Assembly: GCA_048885525.1 (NCBI GenBank)
Contig: JBHLLP010000011.1
Location: forward strand, 1,552 to 65,551
DNA: 64,000 nt
Direction of reading: 5' to 3'
Source of the DNA: Candidatus Hermodarchaeota archaeon
GTDB taxonomy: Archaea; Asgardarchaeota; Lokiarchaeia; Sigyniarchaeales; SOKP01
Under the pieces are notes generated by a model, which was not told the DNA's origin, did no database searches, and saw only the letters and a list, made by a program, of their open reading frames with translations. A program made the position numbers and the translations under genes. Below, one piece after another: positions 1 to 10,088 of the stretch; within the stretch, counting starts at the first letter, position 1, and each line of letters begins with the position of its first letter.

Positions 1-813
1 TTTTTTCTTATTTTTACGCTTTCCAAAATCATTATTATTAGGAATTTCCTCTCTCCAACCAAGTAAATCATCGATTTGAGAAGCTCCAGTAATTTTCAAA
101 TATGCTTCTTCCAAATCTTTAGCATTGACAGATTCAATAATTTCTTTTGGAGTGGCTTCAATCTTCAGTTCACCATCAATTATGATACCAATTATATCAC
201 ATAATTCTTCTGCTGTATCAAGAAGATGAGTACAAATGAAAATTGTCTTATCTGCTTTCTTAGCCAGTTGGGAAATTAAATCTTTTACCATTCTAGCTGC
301 TGCTGGATCAAGATTAGAAGTTGGCTCATCTAAGAATATTATCTTAGGATCTTGAATCAATGCAGCACATAAACAGACTTTTTGTTTCATTCCTCTTGAA
401 TAGCTCTCTAAAAGATCATTTTCTCTGCCCTCCAAATTAAATAACTCTATCAATTCATCAATACGAGAGGAAATTACATCTTTTGGCAAATAATATAGTT
501 CTCCAATAAATTCTAAAAATTCTTTCGCTGTTAGCTTGGAATATAACCCCGGAGATTCTGGTAAAAAGCCACATATCATTTTAACTTTCTGACTTTCAGT
601 TACGATATCATAGCCTCCGACTGAAGCATTCCCTGAAGTCTTCGATATAATTGCATTAAGCATCCTTACAGTTGTTGTTTTTCCAGCACCATTTGGACCT
701 AAAAGGCCATATGTTTTACCGTAAGGGATATTTAATTTTATTTTATTAACAGCAAGAATATTGCCAAAACTTTTAGTAAGATCTTCGGTTTTAATTGCGT
801 GTGCTTTACTCAA
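1..813 (-). CDS. ABC transporter ATP-binding protein (ABC-2/CcmA-like), partial; C-terminus beyond window start
   Basis: The minus-strand ORF is open to the window edge, so it is absent from the ORF track. My translation from TTG at 813 (GGAGG about 9 nt upstream) reads LSKAHAIKTEDLTKSFGNILAVNKIKLNIPYGKTYGLLGPNGAGKTTTVRML (Walker A). Further on it reads YSRGMKQKVCLCAALIQDPKIIFLDEPTSNLD (signature-like motif plus Walker B). Confidence 0.9.
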   Translation of the reverse strand, partial: MSKAHAIKTEDLTKSFGNILAVNKIKLNIPYGKTYGLLGPNGAGKTTTVRMLNAIISKTSGNASVGGYDIVTESQKVKMICGFLPESPGLYSKLTAKEFLEFIGELYYLPKDVISSRIDELIELFNLEGRENDLLESYSRGMKQKVCLCAALIQDPKIIFLDEPTSNLDPAAARMVKDLISQLAKKADKTIFICTHLLDTAEELCDIIGIIIDGELKIEATPKEIIESVNAKDLEEAYLKITGASQIDDLLGWREEIPNNNDFGKRKNKKK

Positions 814-880
814 ATTTTTTTACCTCCATTTTTTTTTATTTTTTTTTAATTTTGATTTTAAATTTGGATTAAGTGATTTT

Positions 881-1984
881 TTAATTCGTAATTTTTCTAG
901 TCCCTAACCAAATAAATAGAATTAGAACTGAACCAAAACATATTAATAAAACAATGAAATACATTAAAATATTGTAAACGGCAATTTCCAAGTTTACAAC
1001 AACAGTTTGAATCAACAAAGGAATAAAAATACTAACTATACCGATAACTAGATAACCAATAGAACCAAACAATATGGGATTAGTTTGTTTTTCTCTTATA
1101 AGAGTAACCCATTCAGCATTCTGTTTTCTTAAAAATTGCCATAACCCAAAAATTAATATTCCAATTCCTACAATGAAAATAATCCAATAAGCTATATCAT
1201 ATGTAAGAGATAATGTACTATTAGCTATCAGTATTACTAAAGGTTTCGTAAATGAAATGAAATTTAGGATTCCATGAATTAACATTGAATATAATACATT
1301 TCGAGTAATCACATAAATTAAACCTAAAGAAATCCCGATAAAAAATACAGCTGATATATGCAGTATAGTCCCAGTAGGATTTGCACTTATTAAATCATCC
1401 GGCAAATGTGCTAGAGCAAATAAAAGACTTGAAAATAATATTGCGGGGGATGGACTCATTCCACGTTGTTCCAGTAAAGGAATTAATAATCTGCGGTAGA
1501 GTAATTCCTCATAAACTGCTGCTCCAATCGTGAGTGGAAGATAATAAATCAAAATATTCAATGGGTTAGCTAGATGTCCTGCGTTTAATAGGATATTAGT
1601 ATACCCACTTTGAGGGAACAAACTAAATAGTCTAAAAATATACATTAAACTAAAATTAATGCTTGTGATTAGTGTCAAAGTGCTACATATAAGAAGAATT
1701 GCTCTCAATGAATTGAAGCGTGTTAGATGACGATATTCTGAATTTTTTGCTTTAAATAAAGGAATTAGTATAAAATAAACTATTAAAGCACCAATAAGTT
1801 GAGAAAGAAAGACTATTAACAGGTTTATTATAATGTAATCAAAGTGTAAATAAATCTCTGCGACTAAAATAATTGATGCGACTAAAATGGATAAAAAACT
1901 TAATAATAATCCTCCAACTCCAACTACCATTGATGCTGTAAAGAAATTTAAAAATTTTCCATATTTTTCTTTAATTAGGATCAT
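881..1984 (-). CDS. CPBP family intramembrane glutamic endopeptidase (CAAX protease/Abi, Rce1-like)
   Basis: Polytopic membrane protein carrying the three family motifs: VYEELLYRRLL (EExxxR), LLFALAHL (FxxxH) and MLIHGILNF (HxxxN). Confidence 0.8.
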   Translation of the reverse strand: MILIKEKYGKFLNFFTASMVVGVGGLLLSFLSILVASIILVAEIYLHFDYIIINLLIVFLSQLIGALIVYFILIPLFKAKNSEYRHLTRFNSLRAILLICSTLTLITSINFSLMYIFRLFSLFPQSGYTNILLNAGHLANPLNILIYYLPLTIGAAVYEELLYRRLLIPLLEQRGMSPSPAILFSSLLFALAHLPDDLISANPTGTILHISAVFFIGISLGLIYVITRNVLYSMLIHGILNFISFTKPLVILIANSTLSLTYDIAYWIIFIVGIGILIFGLWQFLRKQNAEWVTLIREKQTNPILFGSIGYLVIGIVSIFIPLLIQTVVVNLEIAVYNILMYFIVLLICFGSVLILFIWLGTRKITN

Positions 1985-2249
1985 TTTGTGATTTCCTCAC
2001 GTATTTTCTTTTAAAATTTGTATTACTATCTTGATGATTTTTATTTTCATAAGAGACAATAAATATAAGAAAAATTATGAATAGGAAAGATTCGAAATCT
2101 ATGTTATAACTAATCCATCCAAAACTTTCTACGATAACTATAAAAATTTCTAATAGAACAAAGATTATACCAACTATACATATCCCGCATTGATCATTAA
2201 TCTCCAAATTGATTACCTCGTGTTTCGTTTTGTCTTTTATTTCTTTCAT
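1971..2249 (-). CDS. small hypothetical membrane protein
   Basis: The ORF-track entry 1971..2267 starts at TTG, and an ATG at 2249 (MKEIKDK) is more likely. It has two hydrophobic helices and overlaps the CPBP start by 14 nt. No recognisable family. Confidence 0.3.
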   Translation of the reverse strand: MKEIKDKTKHEVINLEINDQCGICIVGIIFVLLEIFIVIVESFGWISYNIDFESFLFIIFLIFIVSYENKNHQDSNTNFKRKYVRKSQNDPN

Positions 2250-2427
2250 TAAAACTATTTTTCTCAAGTCGATACTTAATTAAAAAACAAATATTCGTTG
2301 AAAGAGAAATTCCTATAAACATTCCTTCGAAAAAGCTGGTTAATGGCAGATCTGGTAGAAACATAGCTATTATAAAGGATATTGCTAAAGAACTTGACCC
2401 AATTATAAATAAAGGTTCTTTCCTCAT
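2197..2427 (-). CDS. small hypothetical membrane protein
   Basis: 76-aa ORF with two hydrophobic segments. It is the first gene of a co-directional minus-strand run ending in the CPBP and ABC ATPase genes. No recognisable family. Confidence 0.3.
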   Translation of the reverse strand: MRKEPLFIIGSSSLAISFIIAMFLPDLPLTSFFEGMFIGISLSTNICFLIKYRLEKNSFNERNKRQNETRGNQFGD

Positions 2428-2765
2428 ACTTAACCTAACCTAAATTGAACTAATCGATATAATTTAAATTTCCTTATTTTCAGTCCTTAGAGACTTTCTT
2501 AAGTCCTAATAAAATTATATGAAAGAGAATATATAAAGCTTTGTATCGCAAAGTACTTTATGATCCAATTATAAGCTTTTCTACGTTGAAAAGATAATCA
2601 TGCATAAATGGTTTAAAGCAAGGTAAAAATCTTTAAAATTTTCATGTATTTATATCAAGACTTATATTTTACTTTAGGATCAGTATTTAATAAAGAATTT
2701 TATAAATTGGAGATTGGAGGTATAAATAATAATTAGTCATATATTATATTAATCCAAAATAATAA

Positions 2766-3689
2766 TTGGTTTTAAAAATGGAAACTGATTATAATCAAAA
2801 AACAATTAGGAAAAAAGAGGATGTAGGTACCCAAGGAACAATAAGTTCATTAAAATTTACACCTGATGGAAAATATATTATCTGTGCTTCAAAAAACTAT
2901 TTTGAAATATGGGACTTTGAATCGGGAAATCAAATTAAAAAAGTCAAAGCGACCACTGGTACATTTAGTTGGGTAAATGATGTAGCAGTTTCTCCTGATG
3001 GGCGATATATTATTACTGGAATTGAGAATGTAAGAATAAAAGTATGGGATTTTTTATCTGGAAATTTAGTATGGGAAGCCAAAACGAAAGGAGCTGTTTT
3101 AAAAGTCGACGTATCTGTTGATGGGAAAATAGTTATTGGAATAGCTAGAACATTTGGAGGAATACGTATTTGGGATTTAGAAACAGGAGAAGATATTGAT
3201 AAATTCAAAACTGGTGGAGTAAGTTTGACATTAGCGATCTCATCAGATAGTAATTATATCGCCTATGTAAAGGCAAAAAAATCTATTAATATATGGGATA
3301 TATCAGCTAGATCTACTATTAGAGAATTTAAAACTAAACAATTGGGTGATATTCATTCACTTGTGATAACCCATGACATGAAATATGTCATTAGTGGTTC
3401 GTGGAACAAGCTTATTCGAATTTGGGATTTTTCTACTGGTGAATTGATTAATACACTTGATGAACATAAGGGACCAGTATATTCTCTTGCATTAAATCCT
3501 AATGAGAAATATGTAGTAAGTGGATCAGGGGATAGAACTATAAAAATATGGAAGATACCTTCAGGCCAACTAACTCATTCTTTAACGGGGCATCAAGGTG
3601 CTGTTTTTGCCGTCTCAGTTTCTCCTGATGGAAAGTATATCGCCAGCGGATCAACAGATCAGATTATAAAAATATGGGAACTTCCTTAG
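2766..3689 (+). CDS. WD40 repeat protein (seven-bladed beta-propeller)
   Basis: Seven repeats end in WD-like dipeptides: IWDFESGN, VWDFLSGN, IWDLETGE, IWDISARS, IWDFSTGE, IWKIPSGQ, IWELP. GH-type starts are present (e.g. LTGHQGAVFAVSVSPDGKYIASGS). The track start is TTG 2766; ATG at 2778 is equally likely. Confidence 0.9.
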   Translation: MVLKMETDYNQKTIRKKEDVGTQGTISSLKFTPDGKYIICASKNYFEIWDFESGNQIKKVKATTGTFSWVNDVAVSPDGRYIITGIENVRIKVWDFLSGNLVWEAKTKGAVLKVDVSVDGKIVIGIARTFGGIRIWDLETGEDIDKFKTGGVSLTLAISSDSNYIAYVKAKKSINIWDISARSTIREFKTKQLGDIHSLVITHDMKYVISGSWNKLIRIWDFSTGELINTLDEHKGPVYSLALNPNEKYVVSGSGDRTIKIWKIPSGQLTHSLTGHQGAVFAVSVSPDGKYIASGSTDQIIKIWELP

Positions 3690-3705
3690 AAAAGATTGTA
3701 TGGAC

Positions 3706-4296
3706 TTAAATTTTCCTACATACCAATTCCCCTTTACCAATAGGCACAATTAAAGCATCGACTCGCTCATCAGCTAAAGCTTTATCTAACATTGGCTTCA
3801 AAGTTTCATAATGATTAATTGCATTATCAGCAACAAGAATGCCTCCTTTTATCATATTTGGAATAACAAGATCATAACAATCATTATAAACTTCCTTTTC
3901 AGCATCTAAAAAGCAAAATGATATATTTTTATAATTTGGAATATGGTCTCGAGCGTCACCTTCAATTAATTCAATTAAGTCATTTAAACCTGTTAACTGA
4001 AAGGTTTCTCTAGCAATATCTGCTTTATCTTTTCGAATTTCAAAAGTAACTAGTTTATTATCATTGAGTTTACATGCGAGGGCTATCCAAAGAGCGGAAT
4101 ATCCAGCACTTGTTCCAATTTCTAAAAATTCTCCTTTTGGTGCACTAGCTGCAAGAAGTGATACAAACTTTCCAGTTTCAGGAGGAATTTGACGAAGTCT
4201 TTCCATTCTAGATGTTCCATCGACCCTATCCTTGGAATCTAGGTCCTCTAAATATTCCATTCGTTTCTTAATAGAATCAGATATCTTATGAAACAT
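3706..4296 (-). CDS. class I SAM-dependent O-methyltransferase (family 3, caffeoyl-CoA OMT/YrrM-like)
   Basis: SAM-binding motif [16 protein letters not shown] and downstream [11 protein letters not shown], typical of O-methyltransferase family 3. Length about 196 aa. Confidence 0.75.
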   Translation of the reverse strand: MFHKISDSIKKRMEYLEDLDSKDRVDGTSRMERLRQIPPETGKFVSLLAASAPKGEFLEIGTSAGYSALWIALACKLNDNKLVTFEIRKDKADIARETFQLTGLNDLIELIEGDARDHIPNYKNISFCFLDAEKEVYNDCYDLVIPNMIKGGILVADNAINHYETLKPMLDKALADERVDALIVPIGKGELVCRKI

Positions 4297-4369
4297 TTAA
4301 ATCACAGATGATAGTTTAAAAAATTTAGAGACTTTAATCTAATGAAAGAAGAATAATTAATAAAAAAAA

Positions 4370-5215
4370 CTAATTAATATCTGCTCCTGTTATTTCTGCA
4401 CAAATCTCCCATAATCGCTTAGAATATTCTCTATTATAAGATTCTTCCGAGGATTCTCGCGGTTCTTTATTTATAAAATATTTTCCTGTTACTCCCTCGA
4501 CTTCTGATGAAGATGCTAAATATATCGAAGTTTCTGCACCTTCTTCCGGACTTTTGAAAAATTTTCTAGCAAACCATTGGCTAAACTTAGACTGATCTCG
4601 CCCTAAATTAGTAGCTACAACACCAGGATGAAGAACGTTAACACTTACCCCAGTTCCTTTTAATCTTCTACTTAACTCATAAGCAATTAAGATTTCTCCT
4701 AATTTTGAATTTCCATATACTTTATTCAAACGGTATTTCTTACTTTCACATTGAAGGTCTTCAAAATCAATTTTGGCCATTTTGTGCATAGCTGAACCAA
4801 CTATAATGACACGACTAGGGGCACTCTTCTTTAACACATCAAGCAATAAAAGAGTTAATAAGAAAGGTGCGATAACATGTACAGCAAAATTCATTTCAAA
4901 TCCATCAACACATTCTATTCGATTTTTAAGCATAATACCCGCATTATTGATTAGAACATGCAAATTTTGATATTTTTGACTAAACTCATTTGCAAGCTTT
5001 CTAATTTGTTCTTGAGAGGATAAATCACAGAGAAATAAGTCAATATTTTTATTTCCTGTCTGATTGATTATTTCTTCTCGAGTTATTTCTCCACTTTCTT
5101 TATCACGACAAATCATTATAACTTTAGCATTCAGTTTTGCTAATCCTATAGCTGTTGCTTTACCTATACCAGAATTAGCACCTGTAACCATACATATTTT
5201 TCCATTCATACTCAT
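4370..5215 (-). CDS. SDR family oxidoreductase (retinol dehydrogenase-like)
   Basis: TGANSGIGKATA (TGxxxGIG), NNAG, and the catalytic YGNSK (YxxxK). Confidence 0.85.
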   Translation of the reverse strand: MSMNGKICMVTGANSGIGKATAIGLAKLNAKVIMICRDKESGEITREEIINQTGNKNIDLFLCDLSSQEQIRKLANEFSQKYQNLHVLINNAGIMLKNRIECVDGFEMNFAVHVIAPFLLTLLLLDVLKKSAPSRVIIVGSAMHKMAKIDFEDLQCESKKYRLNKVYGNSKLGEILIAYELSRRLKGTGVSVNVLHPGVVATNLGRDQSKFSQWFARKFFKSPEEGAETSIYLASSSEVEGVTGKYFINKEPRESSEESYNREYSKRLWEICAEITGADIN

Positions 5216-5337
5216 AATCTATAACCATATAAAGTATCCCAATAAGTTATTCTATCTCATTTTCTCAAATCTTTAAATTTTATTCATATTTAATATCAAT
5301 AAAATTAATTTTTTTTATATTTAATATAAGAATTTTT

Positions 5338-7350
5338 ATGAAGGTAAAAAAACGAATAACGTCTCGTAAACGTAAAATACGTTATGTTTTATTAATTATT
5401 CCAATTTTTAGCTTCTATATTTTTGTATTTCAACCCTTTTTTGGTTGTGTGTCTCCAAATAAAAATAATATTGAATATTTTGAGGGAGATCGCATAAAAG
5501 AATATCTTGATCGCGGTTTAGTTGCCATGTACATCAATAATACTCATGTCTATATAGGTTGGAGACTGCTTGAAGACGACCCAACAGATGTTTCTTTTAA
5601 TATTTATCGAGATACTGAAGAAAGCACTTCAACTAAATTAAATGTTAATCCTATTAATTTAACTACTGATTTTATTGATCAACCACCATTAAATGAAACA
5701 AATATTAGATACTGGATTCGTCCTATTATTAATAGTACAGAATTAGCAATCTCGAAAGAAACTGAAATCTTAAATAACGTAGGAGAACAATTTATTTCAA
5801 TAGATCTCAATGGAAATTATACATTTCAGAAAGTAGGAATTGCTGATCTTGATGGAGATGGAAATTTTGATTTTGTAATAAAGGAACCTAATTATAACAT
5901 TGATCCATATAGTCCTCCTTTGGGACATTGGAAACCAAGCACAGATACATACAAAATAGAAGCTTATCTTTCAAATGGAACATTTCTTTGGTGCAAGGAT
6001 CTTGGCTGGGACATTGAACAGGGAATTTGGTATTCTCCTTATATTGTCTATGATTTTAATGGAGATAATAAGGCAGAAGTTGTTATAAAAACAGGAACCG
6101 GAGATCATCGAGATATATTTGGACGCGTTCAAACAGGTCCAGAATACCTCTCGATATGGAATGGGATGTCTGGAAGTGAAATAAATCGTGTAAATTGGCC
6201 TAGTCGAATGCCCGAGATTTATAATTTTAATTCTCGAAACCAATTAGGCATAGCCTATTTAGATGGTTGTCATCCTTCCATATTAGCTGCACGAGGAACT
6301 TATGGAATAATGCAATTAGAAACATACAATTTAACAGGTAATCATCTTGTTAATCTATGGAAATGGAATAGTCGCCAAGAATGTTTCTTTAAATATTATG
6401 GACAGGGAGCTCATTATATGCATTCTGCTGATGTGGATTCTGATGGATACGATGAAGTTATATTAGGATCATGTGTTATTAATGAAAATGGTAGAGGCCT
6501 CTGGTCTACTGGATTGTCTCATCCCGATCATTGTTATGTTGGTGATATAGATCCGGGACATCCAGGACTTGAAATATATTATGGCATTGAAGGTGTAATC
6601 CATCATATTCCAAAATATGATAATGGTATCTGCTTAGTTGATGCGGCGACAGGGAATGTTTTATGGGGTATAAAGGAAAATACTTATCATATTCATAGTC
6701 AAGGATTAGTATCTGATATCGATCCTTCAAAACCAGGAATGGAATGCTATAGTGGTGAGGATAATTACCCAAAGAGATGGTTACATTCTGCAAATGGAAC
6801 GCTTATTGAAAATGAAGAACCAATTGATATTGGATTGAATCCTAAAGCTGTTTATTGGGACGCTGATCTTCAGCGTGAATTAATTCATGAAGGAAGAATT
6901 TTTGATTATGAAACAAAATATACTCATTTCTCTGGTGTTCAAGGATACCAAGTTGCTTGGGCAGATATATTAGGTGATTGGAGGGAAGAAATTATAGTGT
7001 CATTAGAAGGAGAGCTACGAATATATACAACCACCATACCCGCTCAAGATCGGCGAGTTTGTTTGATGCAAGACCCGATTTATAGACTCGATGTTGCCCA
7101 CCTTTCTATGGGATATGCGCAGGTTCCTACAACAAGTTATTGTCTTGATGATACAGTGATTAAACCTTCTATTTATGTTGAATCTGGAGATAATTTTTAC
7201 AATTTTATAATGATCTCTGTTTTAATAGCTGTGATTATTCTTAGTATTATTTCTGTAATTATGATAACATATTGGCTTGTTCTAAAAAAAAGATCAATTA
7301 TAGACAAACTTAGTACAATTTTAGTTGAAAATAAACCAAGTGAAAAATAA
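5338..7350 (+). CDS. PL11-like rhamnogalacturonan lyase beta-propeller protein, membrane anchored
   Basis: N-terminal signal/TM segment. LDRGLVAMY...GWRLLEDDP...FNIYRD resembles the YesW/YesX N-terminus as I recall it. Repeated FG-GAP/Ca-binding loops are present (DLDGDGNFDFVIK, YDFNGDNKAEVVIK, ADVDSDGYDEVILGS, ADILGDWREEIIV). The C-terminal RIYTTT...LMQDPIYRLDVA...YAQVP block is PL11-like. A C-terminal TM helix is followed by KKRS. Confidence 0.6.
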   Translation: MKVKKRITSRKRKIRYVLLIIPIFSFYIFVFQPFFGCVSPNKNNIEYFEGDRIKEYLDRGLVAMYINNTHVYIGWRLLEDDPTDVSFNIYRDTEESTSTKLNVNPINLTTDFIDQPPLNETNIRYWIRPIINSTELAISKETEILNNVGEQFISIDLNGNYTFQKVGIADLDGDGNFDFVIKEPNYNIDPYSPPLGHWKPSTDTYKIEAYLSNGTFLWCKDLGWDIEQGIWYSPYIVYDFNGDNKAEVVIKTGTGDHRDIFGRVQTGPEYLSIWNGMSGSEINRVNWPSRMPEIYNFNSRNQLGIAYLDGCHPSILAARGTYGIMQLETYNLTGNHLVNLWKWNSRQECFFKYYGQGAHYMHSADVDSDGYDEVILGSCVINENGRGLWSTGLSHPDHCYVGDIDPGHPGLEIYYGIEGVIHHIPKYDNGICLVDAATGNVLWGIKENTYHIHSQGLVSDIDPSKPGMECYSGEDNYPKRWLHSANGTLIENEEPIDIGLNPKAVYWDADLQRELIHEGRIFDYETKYTHFSGVQGYQVAWADILGDWREEIIVSLEGELRIYTTTIPAQDRRVCLMQDPIYRLDVAHLSMGYAQVPTTSYCLDDTVIKPSIYVESGDNFYNFIMISVLIAVIILSIISVIMITYWLVLKKRSIIDKLSTILVENKPSEK

Positions 7351-7402
7351 TCAATTCTTTTAAAAAATTTTTAAACCTAAGAAATGATTATATAGAAATT
7401 AT

Positions 7403-8035
7403 ATGTTAAATCGTTTTGAACTTCTTTTTTCAATATTAGGTGGATGGATAGTTTCTATTTTAATCTTAATTCCGGTGAAATTAAATTCTAGAAAAAGATT
7501 ACCAAATGGTTCAATTCATATTGAGAATGTAAATGAAGATATCATTATTTCTACGGGATACAATTTATTTTTATTAGTAGGAATGGGCATTATCTCATTT
7601 CTGAATTTTTTTGTTGTTTTTATATGTATATTTGATTTCTGGAATTTTCTTTCAGAATATTTTGCGTTTAATTTCCCAAAGTTGATAAACTGGATAGGGA
7701 TAATCGGAATTTGGATACAAGATGGATGGGGTGTGGCAGTTATTTCTTATAATGTTAATTATACTCCAGCCTATAAATCAATGAAATTAAATTATATATT
7801 AGCAACTGGAGGTCCCTATAAATATGTAAGGCATCCCATGTATATAGCAAAAGCAATCTTGGTTATTTTCTTTTTTCTAGCAACAGGAATTTGGCTGTCT
7901 CTTTTTGGAGCTTTATCTTGGTTAGGTTTATCTTCACAAGCTAGTAGAGAAGAGGAAGCTCTTGAAAAAAAATTCGGAAGTGCTTATAAAGATTATTTAA
8001 ATAAAACAGGTCGCTTCTTTCCAAAACTGAAATAA
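7403..8035 (+). CDS. isoprenylcysteine carboxyl methyltransferase (ICMT)/phospholipid methyltransferase family protein
   Basis: Polytopic membrane protein with GGPYKYVRHPMYIA and a C-terminal EEEALEKKFGSAYKDYLNKTGRFFP block. Confidence 0.8.
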   Translation: MLNRFELLFSILGGWIVSILILIPVKLNSRKRLPNGSIHIENVNEDIIISTGYNLFLLVGMGIISFLNFFVVFICIFDFWNFLSEYFAFNFPKLINWIGIIGIWIQDGWGVAVISYNVNYTPAYKSMKLNYILATGGPYKYVRHPMYIAKAILVIFFFLATGIWLSLFGALSWLGLSSQASREEEALEKKFGSAYKDYLNKTGRFFPKLK

Positions 8036-8050
8036 TATAATTATTTAACC

Positions 8051-10072
8051 TTACTCGAAAGTTTTTCGATTCATAAATTTCTTCCATACATTTTCAAACC
8101 ATCCAAAATCTTTAGGTATCTCTCTAACATCATCCCATTGAATGAGAACTTGACCATCTTTCCATTGGAGAGTTTGGATTTTTTTTGATAAATCTAAATT
8201 ATTATGAATAAACTTATATTCTTTAAGATAACTGGGAGGTAATATATACATTTCAGATAAAGTTTCTTGTAACTTATCTCTTAAAATTAAATAAGAACCT
8301 CTACTTCGCCCATTAGAAAGATGATAATTTAAAATTGATTTCAAAAAGAATAATTGAGTAAATAGAGCATCTTTAGCTCTATAAAAGTCAATAATTTGCA
8401 TTTGATTTTCTAAAGCAATTAAATTTATAATATTATTTAATTGGTTTTCTATAAGTTCAATTTCAGATTCCAAATCGTTTAATGGACGAATAATCGTAGC
8501 AAATTTTGACATCCTATTTTGAATTTTATCTAAAAGAATAAATGGTGTTAACTTATTTTCACTTGGAATATTTTCTAATAAAATCTTAAATTTTTCTTTC
8601 AAATCGAAAAGTTTTGATTTGAGAAATTTTTGAAAATGCTCAGATTGTATTAAATGGTCTCTATAGTCTGAATGAACAATCTTTTGTGAAACCCTAAATC
8701 CTCCTACTTGCCCTGCATTTAAAGATGCCCCACCAGGTCTATGAATACCATGGCTACCATTAATTTCACCGATGGCAAAAATATGTTTTACTGTAGTTGA
8801 TTCCCACCATGAATCACATGTTATTCCACCATTTAGATGCTGATTGCACACTGCAATTTCTAAAGGTTCTTTTGAAATATCTATATTATTTTTATCATAT
8901 ACCCTTATTGCCTGTTCATTCAAAATTCTCAAGCGTTTGACTGGAAGATCGACTAAAGCGTTAGATCTACTTAAATAATCTTTTGCGATGGGATGAAGCT
9001 CAGCTAAGTTAAATCCCTTTGGATTTTTTGTAAAATCTAAGAAAACATTTCGGTTTAAAGTTATAGTCTCATGAAATACAGCCAAATCAATCAATGAAGA
9101 TCCATAACCTTCAAGTAAAGTTGCATTAAAAGGCCATTGATATCCTTTTAAAAAGATTGCTCTCGATAGCTCTGTAAAAGAAGGAAAAATATCATTTAGA
9201 AATTCAATTTCATTATTATTATTATCAACTGAAAAGTAACGAGGAATCACTTGTTGATATGAACCAGAAACATTCCAACGAAATTTAGTCGATGCTAGAC
9301 CAAATTGAGATTCTGTTAGGTTCTGAAGTTTACACCCAGCTTCGATTGCTAAACTTGTAGTTCCCTTTTGAGATGTAGGGTAAACAGAATTTTTATACAA
9401 AATAGCAGGTCCACCAGTTGCAATGATAATATTTCTTACTTTGAAAATCCTTATAGAACTAAGAAAATTATCTAAATTCTTATCTCTTGATAATTTATTG
9501 GATTTAACGCATATTAAACCAATAGCTTCTGGTTTTTCAGCAGTGTCATCAATCAGTATTTTTATTGCATAATGCTTATCAAAAATCTTTATGTTTCTCT
9601 CTTTAACTGCATTTAATAGGCATTCCCCCATTTTTTGAGACGTAAAAGGACCGATAGATGTTGCTCTCTGTTTTGGATCATTATCAGTTTTATATCCTAC
9701 AAAACCACCATATTCATCATAGGGAAAAGGAACTCCAAGTTGAACCAAATGAAAAAATTCTCTTATAGAATTAGATGCCTCAATTAAGGCAATATCACCA
9801 TGCATAGCCCCTCCAGCACAGAGATCTTTAGCCATTTCATAAGGAGAATCAGCTTGATCACCGTAAATCGACAATTTATAGTAAGTTTGTTTATCTGAAC
9901 CAGCATTAAAGGAAGTTCCTCCACCTAAATTATCTGTGACAATTGCCACTTTTTCTGGAAGGAGACCTTCCATTACTAAATGAAGAGCACAATTTAATCC
10001 AGCAGCACCAGACCCTATGATAATTGAATTAAATTCATTTATTTTAAACTGATCGATATTTATATCTTCCAT
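8051..10072 (-). CDS. FAD-dependent oxidoreductase (fumarate reductase/succinate dehydrogenase flavoprotein-like)
   Basis: Dinucleotide-binding IIIGSGAAGLNCALHL near the N-terminus and a GEINGSHGIHRPGGASLNAGQV block typical of FAD_binding_2 proteins. I placed the start at ATG 10072 (MEDINID), 17 nt after the upstream SDR stop with AGGAG/AAGGA upstream. The track start 10120 would overlap the SDR gene. Confidence 0.7.
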   Translation of the reverse strand: MEDINIDQFKINEFNSIIIGSGAAGLNCALHLVMEGLLPEKVAIVTDNLGGGTSFNAGSDKQTYYKLSIYGDQADSPYEMAKDLCAGGAMHGDIALIEASNSIREFFHLVQLGVPFPYDEYGGFVGYKTDNDPKQRATSIGPFTSQKMGECLLNAVKERNIKIFDKHYAIKILIDDTAEKPEAIGLICVKSNKLSRDKNLDNFLSSIRIFKVRNIIIATGGPAILYKNSVYPTSQKGTTSLAIEAGCKLQNLTESQFGLASTKFRWNVSGSYQQVIPRYFSVDNNNNEIEFLNDIFPSFTELSRAIFLKGYQWPFNATLLEGYGSSLIDLAVFHETITLNRNVFLDFTKNPKGFNLAELHPIAKDYLSRSNALVDLPVKRLRILNEQAIRVYDKNNIDISKEPLEIAVCNQHLNGGITCDSWWESTTVKHIFAIGEINGSHGIHRPGGASLNAGQVGGFRVSQKIVHSDYRDHLIQSEHFQKFLKSKLFDLKEKFKILLENIPSENKLTPFILLDKIQNRMSKFATIIRPLNDLESEIELIENQLNNIINLIALENQMQIIDFYRAKDALFTQLFFLKSILNYHLSNGRSRGSYLILRDKLQETLSEMYILPPSYLKEYKFIHNNLDLSKKIQTLQWKDGQVLIQWDDVREIPKDFGWFENVWKKFMNRKTFE

Positions 10073-10088
10073 AATGATCCTTATTCTC

